The notes under the pieces are model-generated. The model was not told where the DNA came from. It searched no databases and saw nothing but the letters and a program-made list of their open reading frames with translations. A program made the translations under genes and the position numbers. A stretch of DNA of 64,000 nucleotides from a virus (Duplodnaviria > Caudoviricetes): IMG/VR virus record IMGVR_UViG_2597489997_000001, positions 1 through 64,000 of that record, one strand, 5' to 3'. How positions within the stretch are numbered: the stretch's first letter is position 1; each line of letters opens with the position of its first letter. Shown piece by piece: positions 28,707 through 39,018 of this stretch.

Positions 28707-29392
28707 AACTCCCTTTATTTGTAAAGTCAGTATCTCTAAGCTTCTGTACTCCAGAACTTACTAATTCATTCAAAGCCCAAGCTAGAGATTGGGTAAGTTC
28801 AAATAAGTTAGGATATTCCAATGCGTTAAGTTTAGCTTTAAACTACCTGGATAAGTGGGATGGTCTCGAACCTGTAATGCCAGCTCTCGATGACGGGTCG
28901 TACGTTCGCATTCAATTTATCACGGGTCCGGATGGCCGTGGTTTTAAAATGGATACTTTTGGTATTCGTTTCGTAGTGTTCCCTGGCTCACCATCAGATG
29001 AATTTTCTCACTATCCGTCTCTACCAGGTAAGCTTGTAGATTTGTTGGTAACAATGCTGACCCCGGATATTAAGTTCTCGGTATTTGATAAAGAACTAAC
29101 GGTATCGAATAACGTCAGCACTAGCCCTTACGATCTCTATAACCCGATCAAGATTTCTCAATCGGAACTCCCGCATATTGGATCTCTTCCAACCACCCAT
29201 ACGCTGAAATTTATCAAGAACCGTGAGGGGATCGAAATTGGGATATCGTCTGGTTCTCTCAAATACATGATGGTCCCACTCGAGTTGTTTGAGAATATGA
29301 CCAGCAAGCTTGCTGAAGACAATAGTTATAATCCAGATGTTAACGTCGGATTAACCTTAATCAAAGATTTTAAAGAGGCTATCGATGAGTAA
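28703..29392 (+). CDS. Hypothetical protein
   Basis: Coupled ORF. Confidence 0.7.
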   Translation: MKLPLFVKSVSLSFCTPELTNSFKAQARDWVSSNKLGYSNALSLALNYLDKWDGLEPVMPALDDGSYVRIQFITGPDGRGFKMDTFGIRFVVFPGSPSDEFSHYPSLPGKLVDLLVTMLTPDIKFSVFDKELTVSNNVSTSPYDLYNPIKISQSELPHIGSLPTTHTLKFIKNREGIEIGISSGSLKYMMVPLELFENMTSKLAEDNSYNPDVNVGLTLIKDFKEAIDE

Positions 29393-29855
29393 TTCAATTC
29401 TCGAAATTAACCTGATCCATGACCAGTCAATTGAAAAGGAAGTTGCCAAACAGGCACTTGCTAATCGTGACTTCTCCGTAGTTAAAGATATCATCGTTAA
29501 CAGTGACACTGTCATACTTAACTTTGAACAGAGTAATGAACTGAAGCGTTTGGTGCTGGAAGCTCTCCGTAAAGTTACTGCACCTAAAGAGGAAGATCCT
29601 TTTCTTCTTGCTGACCAGGTCTACCATTATCTCCTGACTCTTTACTCTGTTCGTGAGAACCCGGACAAAACCGAAATCAAATTTTCCAGTTGGTTGGCGA
29701 TTCAATATCCGGAGATTGGTGGACTTGCAGAAGTTATTGCAAGTAATAACATCCAAAGCTATAGCAATTTCGCTTTAGATGCCATGGCCAAAGTAGAAGG
29801 ACTTACCCGTGATCGTTGGTTACAAAAAGTGAGGGAAACCTGGGGTGGGAAATAA
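29385..29855 (+). CDS. Hypothetical protein
   Basis: GAGG SD, coupled. Confidence 0.7.
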   Translation: MSNSILEINLIHDQSIEKEVAKQALANRDFSVVKDIIVNSDTVILNFEQSNELKRLVLEALRKVTAPKEEDPFLLADQVYHYLLTLYSVRENPDKTEIKFSSWLAIQYPEIGGLAEVIASNNIQSYSNFALDAMAKVEGLTRDRWLQKVRETWGGK

Positions 29856-30318
29856 AACTAACGGCCACTATGAGGTGATAGACGAATCCAACATAGATGA
29901 GTTCTATTACAAACACTTCGGCGAAACCCATAGACGTTTCTATTGGCGATGGTGGATGGTTATCAAGTGGTTCTTTCAGGACCTACCTGATAAACTCCCT
30001 AAGCGTAATAAAGAAACTATGCAGTTTCTCCATCTCGATATCCAGCAACTGAAATACTATACCAAACAGTTTACATTTACCCGGCGTAGTTTGCGGTATG
30101 TTGGTAAAGATGGTCAGCTCTGGGAACGCAAGTTTAAGATATGGATTGGGTACTCCGATATTGAGCTAATGGAATTACCCAACTCACCTCCCAAGCTTGT
30201 TAAAGGACCTAAGGGACCAAGGACTTATAAACTCGCTGTCCACCATGGTAGTCACTATACCTGGTTCGGTTTAAAGCGAAGTAAGACCTGGAGACTCAGG
30301 TTAGGATTTATATTCTAA
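29845..30318 (+). CDS. Hypothetical basic, Trp-rich protein
   Basis: GTG start, coupled; ends before terminator. Confidence 0.65.
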   Translation: MGNKTNGHYEVIDESNIDEFYYKHFGETHRRFYWRWWMVIKWFFQDLPDKLPKRNKETMQFLHLDIQQLKYYTKQFTFTRRSLRYVGKDGQLWERKFKIWIGYSDIELMELPNSPPKLVKGPKGPRTYKLAVHHGSHYTWFGLKRSKTWRLRLGFIF

Positions 30319-30322
30319 CATT

Positions 30323-30354
30323 ACCCTACTCTACCCATGTGGGTAGAGTAGGGT
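30323..30354 (+). terminator. Terminator hairpin
   Basis: ACCCTACTCTACCCA-TG-TGGGTAGAGTAGGGT. Confidence 0.75.
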
Positions 30355-30382
30355 TTATCATTATTAACTTTTTTATCTGTAT

Positions 30383-30403
30383 AAATTAACAAACCGATAT
30401 TAT
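30383..30403 (+). promoter_or_regulatory. Putative phage early promoter
   Basis: AAATTAACAAACCGATATTAT. Confidence 0.6.
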
Positions 30404-30411
30404 CCTAGTGT

Positions 30412-31095
30412 ATGACAAACATAAATTTTATTAAGGAATCTAGTATGATGAAGTTATGTGGTAAAACTATTCCTGAGTTTGCGGAACAGATTAAGAAATT
30501 CCTGGTTGAGGCTGTGGATAAGCCAAACGGGGAACATGCCTGGACCATTGGTGATGATTCCACATTGCCTATCTATATCGATGTTCAGCGCAACGAAGCA
30601 TCTCGCATGGCTCACATCTATATTAAGATCGGGTTAGTCCATTTGGCTAGCGGCTCAGCACATTTCTCTACTGATAAAGGTAAACATAAAAACCTTCCAT
30701 CTCAGTTGAAAGTAATTGGAGAAATGATCGACGATAATATCTGGAAAACCGTCAACATCATCCTCTTTGCTGACTCTGGTTTGTCTAACGGACTTCGTGA
30801 GTTGTTCGAATCAGGTGATGTCGATCACGTCGAATCTTCTTTGTACGGGATCCGTCTGAAGTATAACAAAGAAGAAGACTCTCAACGTTTGCTGATTAGT
30901 AATCTTGATGATCAGCCAATCTATGCCATTGAAGAAGCCATCGTCCCTAACTTGGGTATCGGGTTGACTAGCCAGAATGATCTAAAGGATAAAATCTTTT
31001 ATACCTGCCTGGGTATGATCCAACAACCGACATTCGAATTTGACGGGGAGTTGTACAGTGCCCATTCCAAAGAAACATCACGAGCGGATTCATAA
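30412..31095 (+). CDS. Hypothetical protein
   Basis: ORF; true start probably the MMKL after the AAGGA SD. Confidence 0.7.
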   Translation: MTNINFIKESSMMKLCGKTIPEFAEQIKKFLVEAVDKPNGEHAWTIGDDSTLPIYIDVQRNEASRMAHIYIKIGLVHLASGSAHFSTDKGKHKNLPSQLKVIGEMIDDNIWKTVNIILFADSGLSNGLRELFESGDVDHVESSLYGIRLKYNKEEDSQRLLISNLDDQPIYAIEEAIVPNLGIGLTSQNDLKDKIFYTCLGMIQQPTFEFDGELYSAHSKETSRADS

Positions 31096-31378
31096 GTTTA
31101 CTGAAATCTGCTTAGGTAAAGTAACTCGGGAAGAAACAGAACGTGTATTCTTCCTAAGAGGTAGGTTAGATAATAATTACACCATTGCTTTATATAGCAC
31201 TGGTTTATTACCCCAAGGTAATGATGACACTATTGAAATATCCGGTGACTGTAACGACAAGTCCATAGGGAAATTCTACATTACCGGTGAATCATTAGCC
31301 TCCCATAAACTCGATGACAAACTTGTTAAAGATGTAGCCCAAGCTTTCATCAAACTCAAGATCAAGGAAATAAAATGA
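31040..31378 (+). CDS. Hypothetical protein
   Basis: ORF in operon, start uncertain. Confidence 0.6.
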   Translation: MTGSCTVPIPKKHHERIHKFTEICLGKVTREETERVFFLRGRLDNNYTIALYSTGLLPQGNDDTIEISGDCNDKSIGKFYITGESLASHKLDDKLVKDVAQAFIKLKIKEIK

Positions 31379-32061
31379 AGCCAGTTCATTATACCGTCGG
31401 TGCTATCAATAAACTCCAGCCACAGTTCCGGGCGATGTTGGGTAAGCTCATGATTCATATGGTTCAGCTGGATCCAATTACCCACACTGAGCAAGACTGG
31501 AATTATGACATCGATGGTAATACGTTTACCTGGAAAATTAGAAAGAACCCAGCGCGGACCATTCTTAAACATTTGGATGAAGCTATTCCAGGAAGTACAA
31601 CTGCCTTGACAGCAGTCATCTATCTTAATGGTAGCCATTACGTGATGAGTACCGATTTTACCGATCATGAAGATCCTGGTACAACTATCACAGTAGAGAT
31701 CTTGGATAAGATCACTGAGCTGTTCACCAGCTATGTTATTACCCGCATGGTCCGTCGTTGGTATGTTGAGGAAGGTATGCAGGAACGCATACATGACCGC
31801 GCCGATGCTGGTGACTGGTCGTATATCCATGAACACTGTGAAGGGCATATCACTGGGTTCTACGACACCAAAGGTTATAGCGTGATCGTCGAGTCAGAAG
31901 GACAGACCATCGCCGAAGATACTCACTACAACCAGTTTGGTAAAGAAAATCCAACTAACACCAATAAAGAAATTTATAAACGTTATCTGAATGAAGCGAT
32001 CTGCTTCTTACTGGCTGGCGAGTATATCTTTAAAGGTCGCATCTCGGCGCCCATCATCTAA
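31375..32061 (+). CDS. Hypothetical protein
   Basis: AAGGA SD, ATGA coupling. Confidence 0.7.
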   Translation: MKPVHYTVGAINKLQPQFRAMLGKLMIHMVQLDPITHTEQDWNYDIDGNTFTWKIRKNPARTILKHLDEAIPGSTTALTAVIYLNGSHYVMSTDFTDHEDPGTTITVEILDKITELFTSYVITRMVRRWYVEEGMQERIHDRADAGDWSYIHEHCEGHITGFYDTKGYSVIVESEGQTIAEDTHYNQFGKENPTNTNKEIYKRYLNEAICFLLAGEYIFKGRISAPII

Positions 32062-32096
32062 TTTTCATTTAACCACTTTGTAACAGGACTATAGAA

Positions 32097-32423
32097 ATGA
32101 CTACCGCTATTGCATTAAGCGCACAACTGAATGACAACAAAATCTCCCGTCTGGTTTCCAAAGCTTGTAAGTTGTTGACAGACACCGAAGGTAAAGTCGG
32201 TTCCTCAATTAACTTCATTGCCAACGATGCCAATGTCACTACCACTCTCTGGGGATTCAACTCCTCTCGTACCAACCTGGTGGTGGAAGTAGCGATCAAT
32301 AAAGTTGTTATTGAGAAGTTGCATTTCGTTCGGCCACATGGCGGGGACATGTTCTCTCAGAAACATAAGTGCGGGTTTGCTTTCCTTTACAAATTAAAGA
32401 CTGGTCAGCAATTCGCTAAATGA
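32097..32423 (+). CDS. Hypothetical protein
   Basis: AGGA SD. Confidence 0.7.
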   Translation: MTTAIALSAQLNDNKISRLVSKACKLLTDTEGKVGSSINFIANDANVTTTLWGFNSSRTNLVVEVAINKVVIEKLHFVRPHGGDMFSQKHKCGFAFLYKLKTGQQFAK

Positions 32424-32444
32424 TAAACCCTACAGCCAGAGCTC

Positions 32445-32762
32445 GTGCTCACCGTCACTCCGAAAAACTATGTAAGGGATAACGGAATGTTATCCCCACA
32501 TCCTCGGAGAAACCTTATGCAACGTACTCGTGCTTATCGTCGTTACAAACTGCAAGTGAAGAAAGTGAAAGTATCCCGTTACTGGAATGCCGGTGTATGG
32601 AGGATTGGCGGATGCCAAAGGCAAACAGATAAGGCGGTGATTGGCCGAGTGGCGAATACACCAAAAGCCTGTGGTTGCTGGATGTGCGCTAATGCCCGCC
32701 AAGTTTTCGGTGAACCATTTGCAGACGTACGTCGTAAACAACTTTACGTAGATCAGGAGTAA
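32445..32762 (+). CDS. Small basic protein with CxCxxC motif
   Basis: TPKACGCWMCAN.R; likely start at MQRTRAYRR after GGAG. Confidence 0.65.
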   Translation: MLTVTPKNYVRDNGMLSPHPRRNLMQRTRAYRRYKLQVKKVKVSRYWNAGVWRIGGCQRQTDKAVIGRVANTPKACGCWMCANARQVFGEPFADVRRKQLYVDQE

Positions 32763-32767
32763 TAAAT

Positions 32768-33223
32768 ATGCAGCGATTCGAATTTACTGTTAAAAAGAAT
32801 GTCCTTGTCATTGACGACCTGGAAACAGGCGGGTCGCTGCGTATTAACTGTCGCCCACTGAGTAAACCATCTATCTCCCCGGTACTCGAAGCGTGGAATG
32901 ATTTAGAACATGCAATTGAACACAACGAGTTATTCCTGTCACTTCACGGGATTAACACAATTACCGAAAGACGTGGGTTCAATCTGAAAGGGTCCGTGAC
33001 ACTTAAGTCATCACACCTTTATGATCCCACAGTCTATGACAGCTCTATCACAATGACTTCGATAAGAGCTAAGTCAACTATTCTCAACTCTGAGTTAAGT
33101 TCATTAGGTCTTACCCACTTCGGTAATGTCACCTTTAATGAATGCAATCTCAAGAGCACACCTATTGTTATACCTCGCAAGGGAAACCAAAGCGTGGTGT
33201 ATTATCAGAATGAACTAATATAG
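32768..33223 (+). CDS. Hypothetical protein (paralog of next gene)
   Basis: AGGAG SD; shared motifs with 33234-33740. Confidence 0.7.
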   Translation: MQRFEFTVKKNVLVIDDLETGGSLRINCRPLSKPSISPVLEAWNDLEHAIEHNELFLSLHGINTITERRGFNLKGSVTLKSSHLYDPTVYDSSITMTSIRAKSTILNSELSSLGLTHFGNVTFNECNLKSTPIVIPRKGNQSVVYYQNELI

Positions 33224-33233
33224 AGGATTCATT

Positions 33234-33740
33234 ATGTCACGTTTTAAAACCGAATTAGACACTGTTAAACGTACAATCACTATCACTGGTGATGAAAACG
33301 ACGGAACCTTGGTTATCCGTCAGCAATGTTATCCTGGTTACTTCGATAACGAAAGTGAATGTGATCGATTAGTCGAATATGCGAACGATCTTCAGGGAGA
33401 TTTGAATGAAGGTCGTATTGCGTTACAACTGGTTGGCGAAAACAGTATCGTGTTCACTGACAATAATTTCCCAGTGATGGACAGCGGTATCTATCTTAAG
33501 TCATCTGATCTTTCAAATCCAAGACTCAGTAACGTTCACCTTACTTTCTTTGATGCGGTGTGTTCTGAAGAATGTATCGTTACTAATTCCACCATATCTG
33601 ATTTTGAATGGCCCCATGGTAACAAGATCCATCTGTCTCACTGCTTCATTAACCAAAAGTATAATGAAGTGACTTCTCGTATGAGTTACTCTCTGAACGA
33701 ATGGCATTTGAATCAACGTGTCGATGGCGAGATGTGGTAA
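33234..33740 (+). CDS. Hypothetical protein (paralog of previous gene)
   Basis: GAGG SD. Confidence 0.7.
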   Translation: MSRFKTELDTVKRTITITGDENDGTLVIRQQCYPGYFDNESECDRLVEYANDLQGDLNEGRIALQLVGENSIVFTDNNFPVMDSGIYLKSSDLSNPRLSNVHLTFFDAVCSEECIVTNSTISDFEWPHGNKIHLSHCFINQKYNEVTSRMSYSLNEWHLNQRVDGEMW

Positions 33741-34126
33741 TGAACCTCATTCCTAAAACAAACTACATTCCAGAGTGTTCAGCAGAATTGCTGAACGCCT
33801 GGATTAAATACGACGGATTAGCCGAACCTTATACTCCCACCAAAATGATGATGGCTAGAGAGTTCTACGCTTATCCTGATCCAGGGTATGTTGTCCCTAT
33901 GGAGAAGAAGCCAAATCGCCGGTTATCTAATCCTAAAACACTGACCATGCATTTCTTAAACTTCCTTGATGAAAACTTACTCCAGTTAGGGTATCCGTAT
34001 TTCTTCATGGAAGATTTCCCATACAAGTGCTTGAACATGGTTCAGGTACTCCACGAAATGAATCTCATCGTTGGTTATGATATCGACGAGAATGGATTCG
34101 TAACTTATGATGAAGAAGGTATCTAA
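33740..34126 (+). CDS. Hypothetical protein
   Basis: TAATG coupling, start MNLIPK. Confidence 0.65.
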   Translation: MNLIPKTNYIPECSAELLNAWIKYDGLAEPYTPTKMMMAREFYAYPDPGYVVPMEKKPNRRLSNPKTLTMHFLNFLDENLLQLGYPYFFMEDFPYKCLNMVQVLHEMNLIVGYDIDENGFVTYDEEGI

Positions 34127-36280
34127 ATGAAGATCTTTAATGTGGAAACACTGACCAAAGAAATTATCGGTAAACTGGTTACTCGTGATGATTCCAAAGA
34201 CTGGCAGGATCATGGCGGTAAGGATGGGGAATTACTCCAGCGTATTACCCGTAACTTCAAAATGGTTGAAACTGCATACATGCAAGACCAGACTGACGAA
34301 GAACGTTACAATGCAATCCATAAAGCATTCCGTCTGGGGATGTATGGGGTTCTGGTGGATATGTGGAAAGAGTTAGCTCTCATGGCTAACGGTGATTTCA
34401 ATATCCTGCGCAAATGGGCGCTTGCCTATTATGTAAATGCCGCTGCGGTAGGCGTTTGTTTAAATGGGACTGAACCTTTCCTGCAATTCCCAGAAGAACT
34501 TAAACTGAGCGCCCAGCACCACCTGTCCAAAAATGCTCAGACACTTACCAAATGTCTTGAAGCTCTGCGCCGTTCATTTGCGAGTATGACTCGTGAAACC
34601 AATTGCCTGGTCACCAAAGAACGTGCCCAAGTAGAAATCTTCAAACTACTGAAAGCCAACCCTCTGATCCAGGAAACCTTCCTCAGTGAAGTATTGATCG
34701 AATCTGTATTTAATAAGATCAAAGAAGGTAATAGTGCGGTTATTCGTACTAGCCTGATGACCAACATCTTTAACCTGTTAATTGCAGGTGAGAATATAGA
34801 ACCACTGACAGAAAAAGAACGCTTCAATTTCATTAAGTCAGAAATTCATCGGACTGGTTTCTTCATTTTTAAAAATGAAGATGAATTGAATGCATTCGCT
34901 AAATGGGCTGACGAAAATAACGTCTATCCTGATAATATCGAAATGGTTGTACACGCATCGGAAATCGATCCGACAAAACAGAACATCATGTTCGTACCTG
35001 GTAGCATAACCATTCCTACTAAAACCGAAATTAGGGTTCTGTTAGAAGAAGAGTTGGATTATTCCGGATTACAAGCATTGGGCGCGAGTGCAGATATTCT
35101 CCGTGTCATCGACCCTAACTTTAAACAAAAGGAAGAAGCTGTGAAACAAGAATCATATATTCAGTTCATGGGTACAGATCACCTGGTTGGCGGTGTTGAG
35201 CGCCATGGTTCTGAACAAGAAGAAGTTAATGTCATTCTTCAAGCCATGCAACCTGAGGCACGTAAAGATCGCAAGTTCTTTGTTTCATACATCCACCGTT
35301 CTGAACATCAGCGCACACTTACTGCGATGTTCTTAACCGCAGAGAACATGAAGACTATGGATACCCTTGATCCTCGTCATCGTTCTCTGGTCCTGGACCG
35401 TGCGATTGATATGCGCTTGGGTACATTGTCCCAACTCGAAAGCATCTTTGATGTCATGGGTGCTAAAGGTAAAGCCATTCCGCCGTCAGCTAATTCCATT
35501 TACAAGGGTACTGAACCTACCCGCAATGTAGCCGACAACATTATCGGTATTAACCCAATTAAAACAGAAGAACCTACCACGATGAAACAACCTAAATCCC
35601 GTATTGAAAATCTTCAGAAAGCGCTGGAAGAAATTCTGACAGTGCGTGCTAAAGCTCAGTTCCCTGGTGCCCCAGAAGACACCATCAGAAAAATTGTTTC
35701 TGAATCGAGCAAGGTACTTGGTGTAGGAACAACAATTGAGAAATTGCTATCCGATAACATGATCAAACCCCAGAATGCAGAAGGGGTTGATTACTCCAAG
35801 TTAGATTTCGCTTCACTGTTCTCTAACCTTACCCAAGCCGGATCCCCATCTTCAATGGATCCATTTACCCCAGCTCTAGGTACGCTTTACAACACACCTA
35901 TTAACTTCCATACAGGTAGTCCTACCCCAACAGGCGCAAGCATGTACGCTAAGGAACAAGCTCGCCCAGCTAAAATTAGTCGGGTTCTGACTAATGAAGA
36001 AATTACCGTAGAAGGTCATGGTGTCTTCAAGATCTCTCGTGAAATTCCGACTAACCAGCTGAGCATCATCTTTGTAGACACTAACGGTAACTACGGCACC
36101 CAGTTAGTACAGGGCTGTTATAACGATATCGATACCAACTACATCATCGAAATGTTGTACGCGGGTATTGAAGCTGGACATCCTCACAAATCAGTTCTGT
36201 TGGCTGTACAGCGTCTTACTCCGCCAACCTTTAATGGCGGATACGGATTCGGTACTCAACCTGGTTACTCTTCTTATTAA
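34127..36280 (+). CDS. Large hypothetical protein
   Basis: 717 aa ORF, no recognised motif. Confidence 0.75.
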   Translation: MKIFNVETLTKEIIGKLVTRDDSKDWQDHGGKDGELLQRITRNFKMVETAYMQDQTDEERYNAIHKAFRLGMYGVLVDMWKELALMANGDFNILRKWALAYYVNAAAVGVCLNGTEPFLQFPEELKLSAQHHLSKNAQTLTKCLEALRRSFASMTRETNCLVTKERAQVEIFKLLKANPLIQETFLSEVLIESVFNKIKEGNSAVIRTSLMTNIFNLLIAGENIEPLTEKERFNFIKSEIHRTGFFIFKNEDELNAFAKWADENNVYPDNIEMVVHASEIDPTKQNIMFVPGSITIPTKTEIRVLLEEELDYSGLQALGASADILRVIDPNFKQKEEAVKQESYIQFMGTDHLVGGVERHGSEQEEVNVILQAMQPEARKDRKFFVSYIHRSEHQRTLTAMFLTAENMKTMDTLDPRHRSLVLDRAIDMRLGTLSQLESIFDVMGAKGKAIPPSANSIYKGTEPTRNVADNIIGINPIKTEEPTTMKQPKSRIENLQKALEEILTVRAKAQFPGAPEDTIRKIVSESSKVLGVGTTIEKLLSDNMIKPQNAEGVDYSKLDFASLFSNLTQAGSPSSMDPFTPALGTLYNTPINFHTGSPTPTGASMYAKEQARPAKISRVLTNEEITVEGHGVFKISREIPTNQLSIIFVDTNGNYGTQLVQGCYNDIDTNYIIEMLYAGIEAGHPHKSVLLAVQRLTPPTFNGGYGFGTQPGYSSY

Positions 36281-36300
36281 TAGCGTATAAACATTAAGTA

Positions 36301-36332
36301 AACTCTAGGTACCCAATTGGGTACCTAGAGTT
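36301..36332 (+). terminator. Perfect 32-bp palindrome/terminator
   Basis: AACTCTAGGTACCCAATTGGGTACCTAGAGTT followed by a T-rich tract. Confidence 0.75.
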
Positions 36333-36360
36333 CTTATTCTTTTATTTTCTTTTGGGTATA

Positions 36361-36380
36361 AATTTTCAGACAAATATTAT
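36361..36380 (+). promoter_or_regulatory. Putative phage early promoter
   Basis: AATTTTCAGACAAATATTAT. Confidence 0.6.
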
Positions 36381-36407
36381 CGGCATGTATAAGTATAGGA
36401 GTTTAAC

Positions 36408-36854
36408 ATGAACGAAAGGGTTAACTATTTAGTATACCTATTGGCTGGGATGTTTGAACAGGTAGTTAAAGCCAAACTGAATCAGCATCGTAGATTGTAC
36501 AAAGATGGTCGTTGGCATGAACATCCGATGTTCCCATACTTCACCTTGGGTATCCAGCAAATAGAGGCTACAGATTACACCGGCAATCTGGAACATTACT
36601 ATACGGTTTGTGCTCGTACCAGAACTACCAAATATCCAGTCGATGTCATGGACTTCGTTGTTTGTGATGAACTAATCCAAGTCAGATACAGCGGGATTGA
36701 ATTACCAATCTGTGCAGTGGATGGTACAATGATCATCAGTCCTGAGCAGTTTAATAGAATTTTCACTGTGGCAATTGAGTCCAACCTAGATTTGATGGAA
36801 GCACTCAAGAATCACAAAGGGGGTCCACATGAAGCTAAGTCGACTGGTAAGTGA
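36408..36854 (+). CDS. Hypothetical protein
   Basis: AGGAG SD. Confidence 0.7.
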   Translation: MNERVNYLVYLLAGMFEQVVKAKLNQHRRLYKDGRWHEHPMFPYFTLGIQQIEATDYTGNLEHYYTVCARTRTTKYPVDVMDFVVCDELIQVRYSGIELPICAVDGTMIISPEQFNRIFTVAIESNLDLMEALKNHKGGPHEAKSTGK

Positions 36855-37215
36855 GATCCTTAATGACGCAGCATTCCAAAGGCAACCAAAACCTTATAAG
36901 AATGTTTACTTCATAAAGGCACTCAATCCCGGCGACGGAAAAAGCATGTTTGTCAGTTTCCGTTTCAAGACGAGCAAGAATGAAGTTCTCGTTGCTCATG
37001 CAGAAATCGATCTTGATAAACCAAGTAAGAATGTTTCCGTTGGTGTAAGTTACTTGTGGCCGATAAAAAGAGAATCGATAACGTTCTTCCGTAAACGTCA
37101 ACAAGTATTACACAAGTCAATCCCAGAGATACTACAACAAGTAGTGGCTCCATTAATCATAGCAACAATCGAAAAGGTAGAAAATTATTATGTCACAGAC
37201 TCAAGCAATCATTGA
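36829..37215 (+). CDS. Hypothetical protein
   Basis: Overlapping operon ORF. Confidence 0.65.
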   Translation: MKLSRLVSEILNDAAFQRQPKPYKNVYFIKALNPGDGKSMFVSFRFKTSKNEVLVAHAEIDLDKPSKNVSVGVSYLWPIKRESITFFRKRQQVLHKSIPEILQQVVAPLIIATIEKVENYYVTDSSNH

Positions 37216-37585
37216 TTTCGCTACCCTGAAAGTAACAGGCATCTGTACCGAGCTGAAAGGCAAGCAGATTCCTAACTGGTGGAAAATGGGTGATGTTCAA
37301 GGATTCGGATTCAAAGTAACTGAAGGTGAACTGAATTTCCAAATCGGTGCGGCGATCTACCCAGTAGAAGAAGCGGGCGAAGGCAACTTCTTGATCAAGA
37401 TGAATTCGTGCTTCCTTTCTAACCCTGTACGTAAACAAGGTTACGAATTGCTTCAAGTTCCTCTCGGTGCTGTGCTGGAATTAGATTTCCCGATTTACGC
37501 TGAACACGAACAAGAGCTCATGGATGGCGTACTTCAACTTATTTCCGACGAAGCAGAGAACATTCTGTGTCGGATACTCCAATAA
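37190..37585 (+). CDS. Hypothetical protein
   Basis: Overlapping operon ORF. Confidence 0.7.
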   Translation: MSQTQAIIDFATLKVTGICTELKGKQIPNWWKMGDVQGFGFKVTEGELNFQIGAAIYPVEEAGEGNFLIKMNSCFLSNPVRKQGYELLQVPLGAVLELDFPIYAEHEQELMDGVLQLISDEAENILCRILQ

Positions 37586-37727
37586 GCTCACAGAAACGAT
37601 TCTACTGAGTTTAATTAAGTAATACTAAGATGTGTATCATGTAGGTACATAAAGACCATAGAGATCGTTTAAAGGGCTTTATGGTTTAACCGACGTTTTC
37701 AATCAATCTCAATCAAGGATATTTGTA

Positions 37728-38684
37728 ATGAAAGATTTTAACATCTATGCAGTTGGCGGTGCAGGTATCAACGTAGTTAACCGTTTCCTGGGTGAAGGTA
37801 AAAATGGCAAGTTTGTTAAGCAGGTAGTTGGTATCGATACTTCTGATGCTAACCCTGTCGAAGAAGGTCTGTATCCGCTGGAGCGTTTGGAAGGTGCAGA
37901 AGGCTCCGGTGGTAACAAGAAAACCCACGGTGACAAATTCCCTGACTTCGCAAAACAACTGCTGGCCAAATACGAGCCAAACAAACTGAACATCGTCATC
38001 TTCTCCACCGGCGGTGGTACTGGTGCAGGTCTGGGCCCATATCTGGTTCGTAACATGCTCCAACGCAAAATCCCAGTTCTGACTCTGGTAGTTGGTGACA
38101 TCTCAACCATTAACGAACAGAACAACACAGTGAGTACTCTGGGTTCTCTGTTCAACCAGACCAAGCTCGGTTCTTCAGTACTGTTCTCTTATCTGGAAAA
38201 CCGTCCTGAACTGTCTCAGGGTCAGGTTAACCAATCAGCAGTTGGGCGTCTGGATAATGCGATCATGTTCTTCAACCTGTTGAACGAACGTATCGACTAT
38301 GCCGACATCATCAACTTCTTCTTCTACAACCACATCGTGGATGCTGATCCAATTCTGACTCAGTTGACCTTCCTGACTGAAACTGAACTGCCTCAGTACG
38401 ATCGTAAAGCTGTAGCGGCAATCAGCCTGTATCCGAACATCGACGATATCAAAGTCCCGTTCGAAAACATGTTGTATCGTAAGGCTGGTCTGTTCGGTTC
38501 TGATTTCCATGGTTTCACTACTGCCGTTCATGCAGTTCTGGATCACGGTAACACGATCGACAGCCTGAAAGAAATGATCGCTGATAAAGATAAGAAAGCA
38601 AATCAGCTGTCTGGGCAATTCCGTAACAAGGACACTAACCTGTTCGAAACTACTGGTGCAGCAGACGACGACGGCATGATGTAA
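37728..38684 (+). CDS. phuZ: Phage tubulin PhuZ
   Basis: VGGAGIN, GIDTS and tubulin signature GGGTGAG; acidic C-terminal tail. Confidence 0.92.
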   Translation: MKDFNIYAVGGAGINVVNRFLGEGKNGKFVKQVVGIDTSDANPVEEGLYPLERLEGAEGSGGNKKTHGDKFPDFAKQLLAKYEPNKLNIVIFSTGGGTGAGLGPYLVRNMLQRKIPVLTLVVGDISTINEQNNTVSTLGSLFNQTKLGSSVLFSYLENRPELSQGQVNQSAVGRLDNAIMFFNLLNERIDYADIINFFFYNHIVDADPILTQLTFLTETELPQYDRKAVAAISLYPNIDDIKVPFENMLYRKAGLFGSDFHGFTTAVHAVLDHGNTIDSLKEMIADKDKKANQLSGQFRNKDTNLFETTGAADDDGMM

Positions 38685-38727
38685 TAACCGGAGGCCCTAG
38701 GGAATTCCCTAGGGCTTTAAAGGGCTT

Positions 38728-39015
38728 ATGCGAATTTTATTTAATCTAGCAAGCTACCGCACTACTTTCAATGTCCTATCTCAAAATGATGTAGGCGTTG
38801 CAGAATCTATTCTTACTAAGGTATGTTTGGATAACGGGTTCCCAGTAAAACCTGGGTTCTTTGACCGTAATCTATCTTTCAATCACACAGCAGTTTATGA
38901 ACAAATTCGCGAATGTGTAGAAGAGAGACTGTTCCTTATCCCCACACCGGATATCGCGGAACTGAACCATCTTGGTAACCTTCAATTTTCACTCACTTTA
39001 CAAAATCGGGAATGA
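38728..39015 (+). CDS. Hypothetical protein
   Basis: 95 aa after palindrome 38694-38715. Confidence 0.6.
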   Translation: MRILFNLASYRTTFNVLSQNDVGVAESILTKVCLDNGFPVKPGFFDRNLSFNHTAVYEQIRECVEERLFLIPTPDIAELNHLGNLQFSLTLQNRE

Positions 39016-39018
39016 CAC

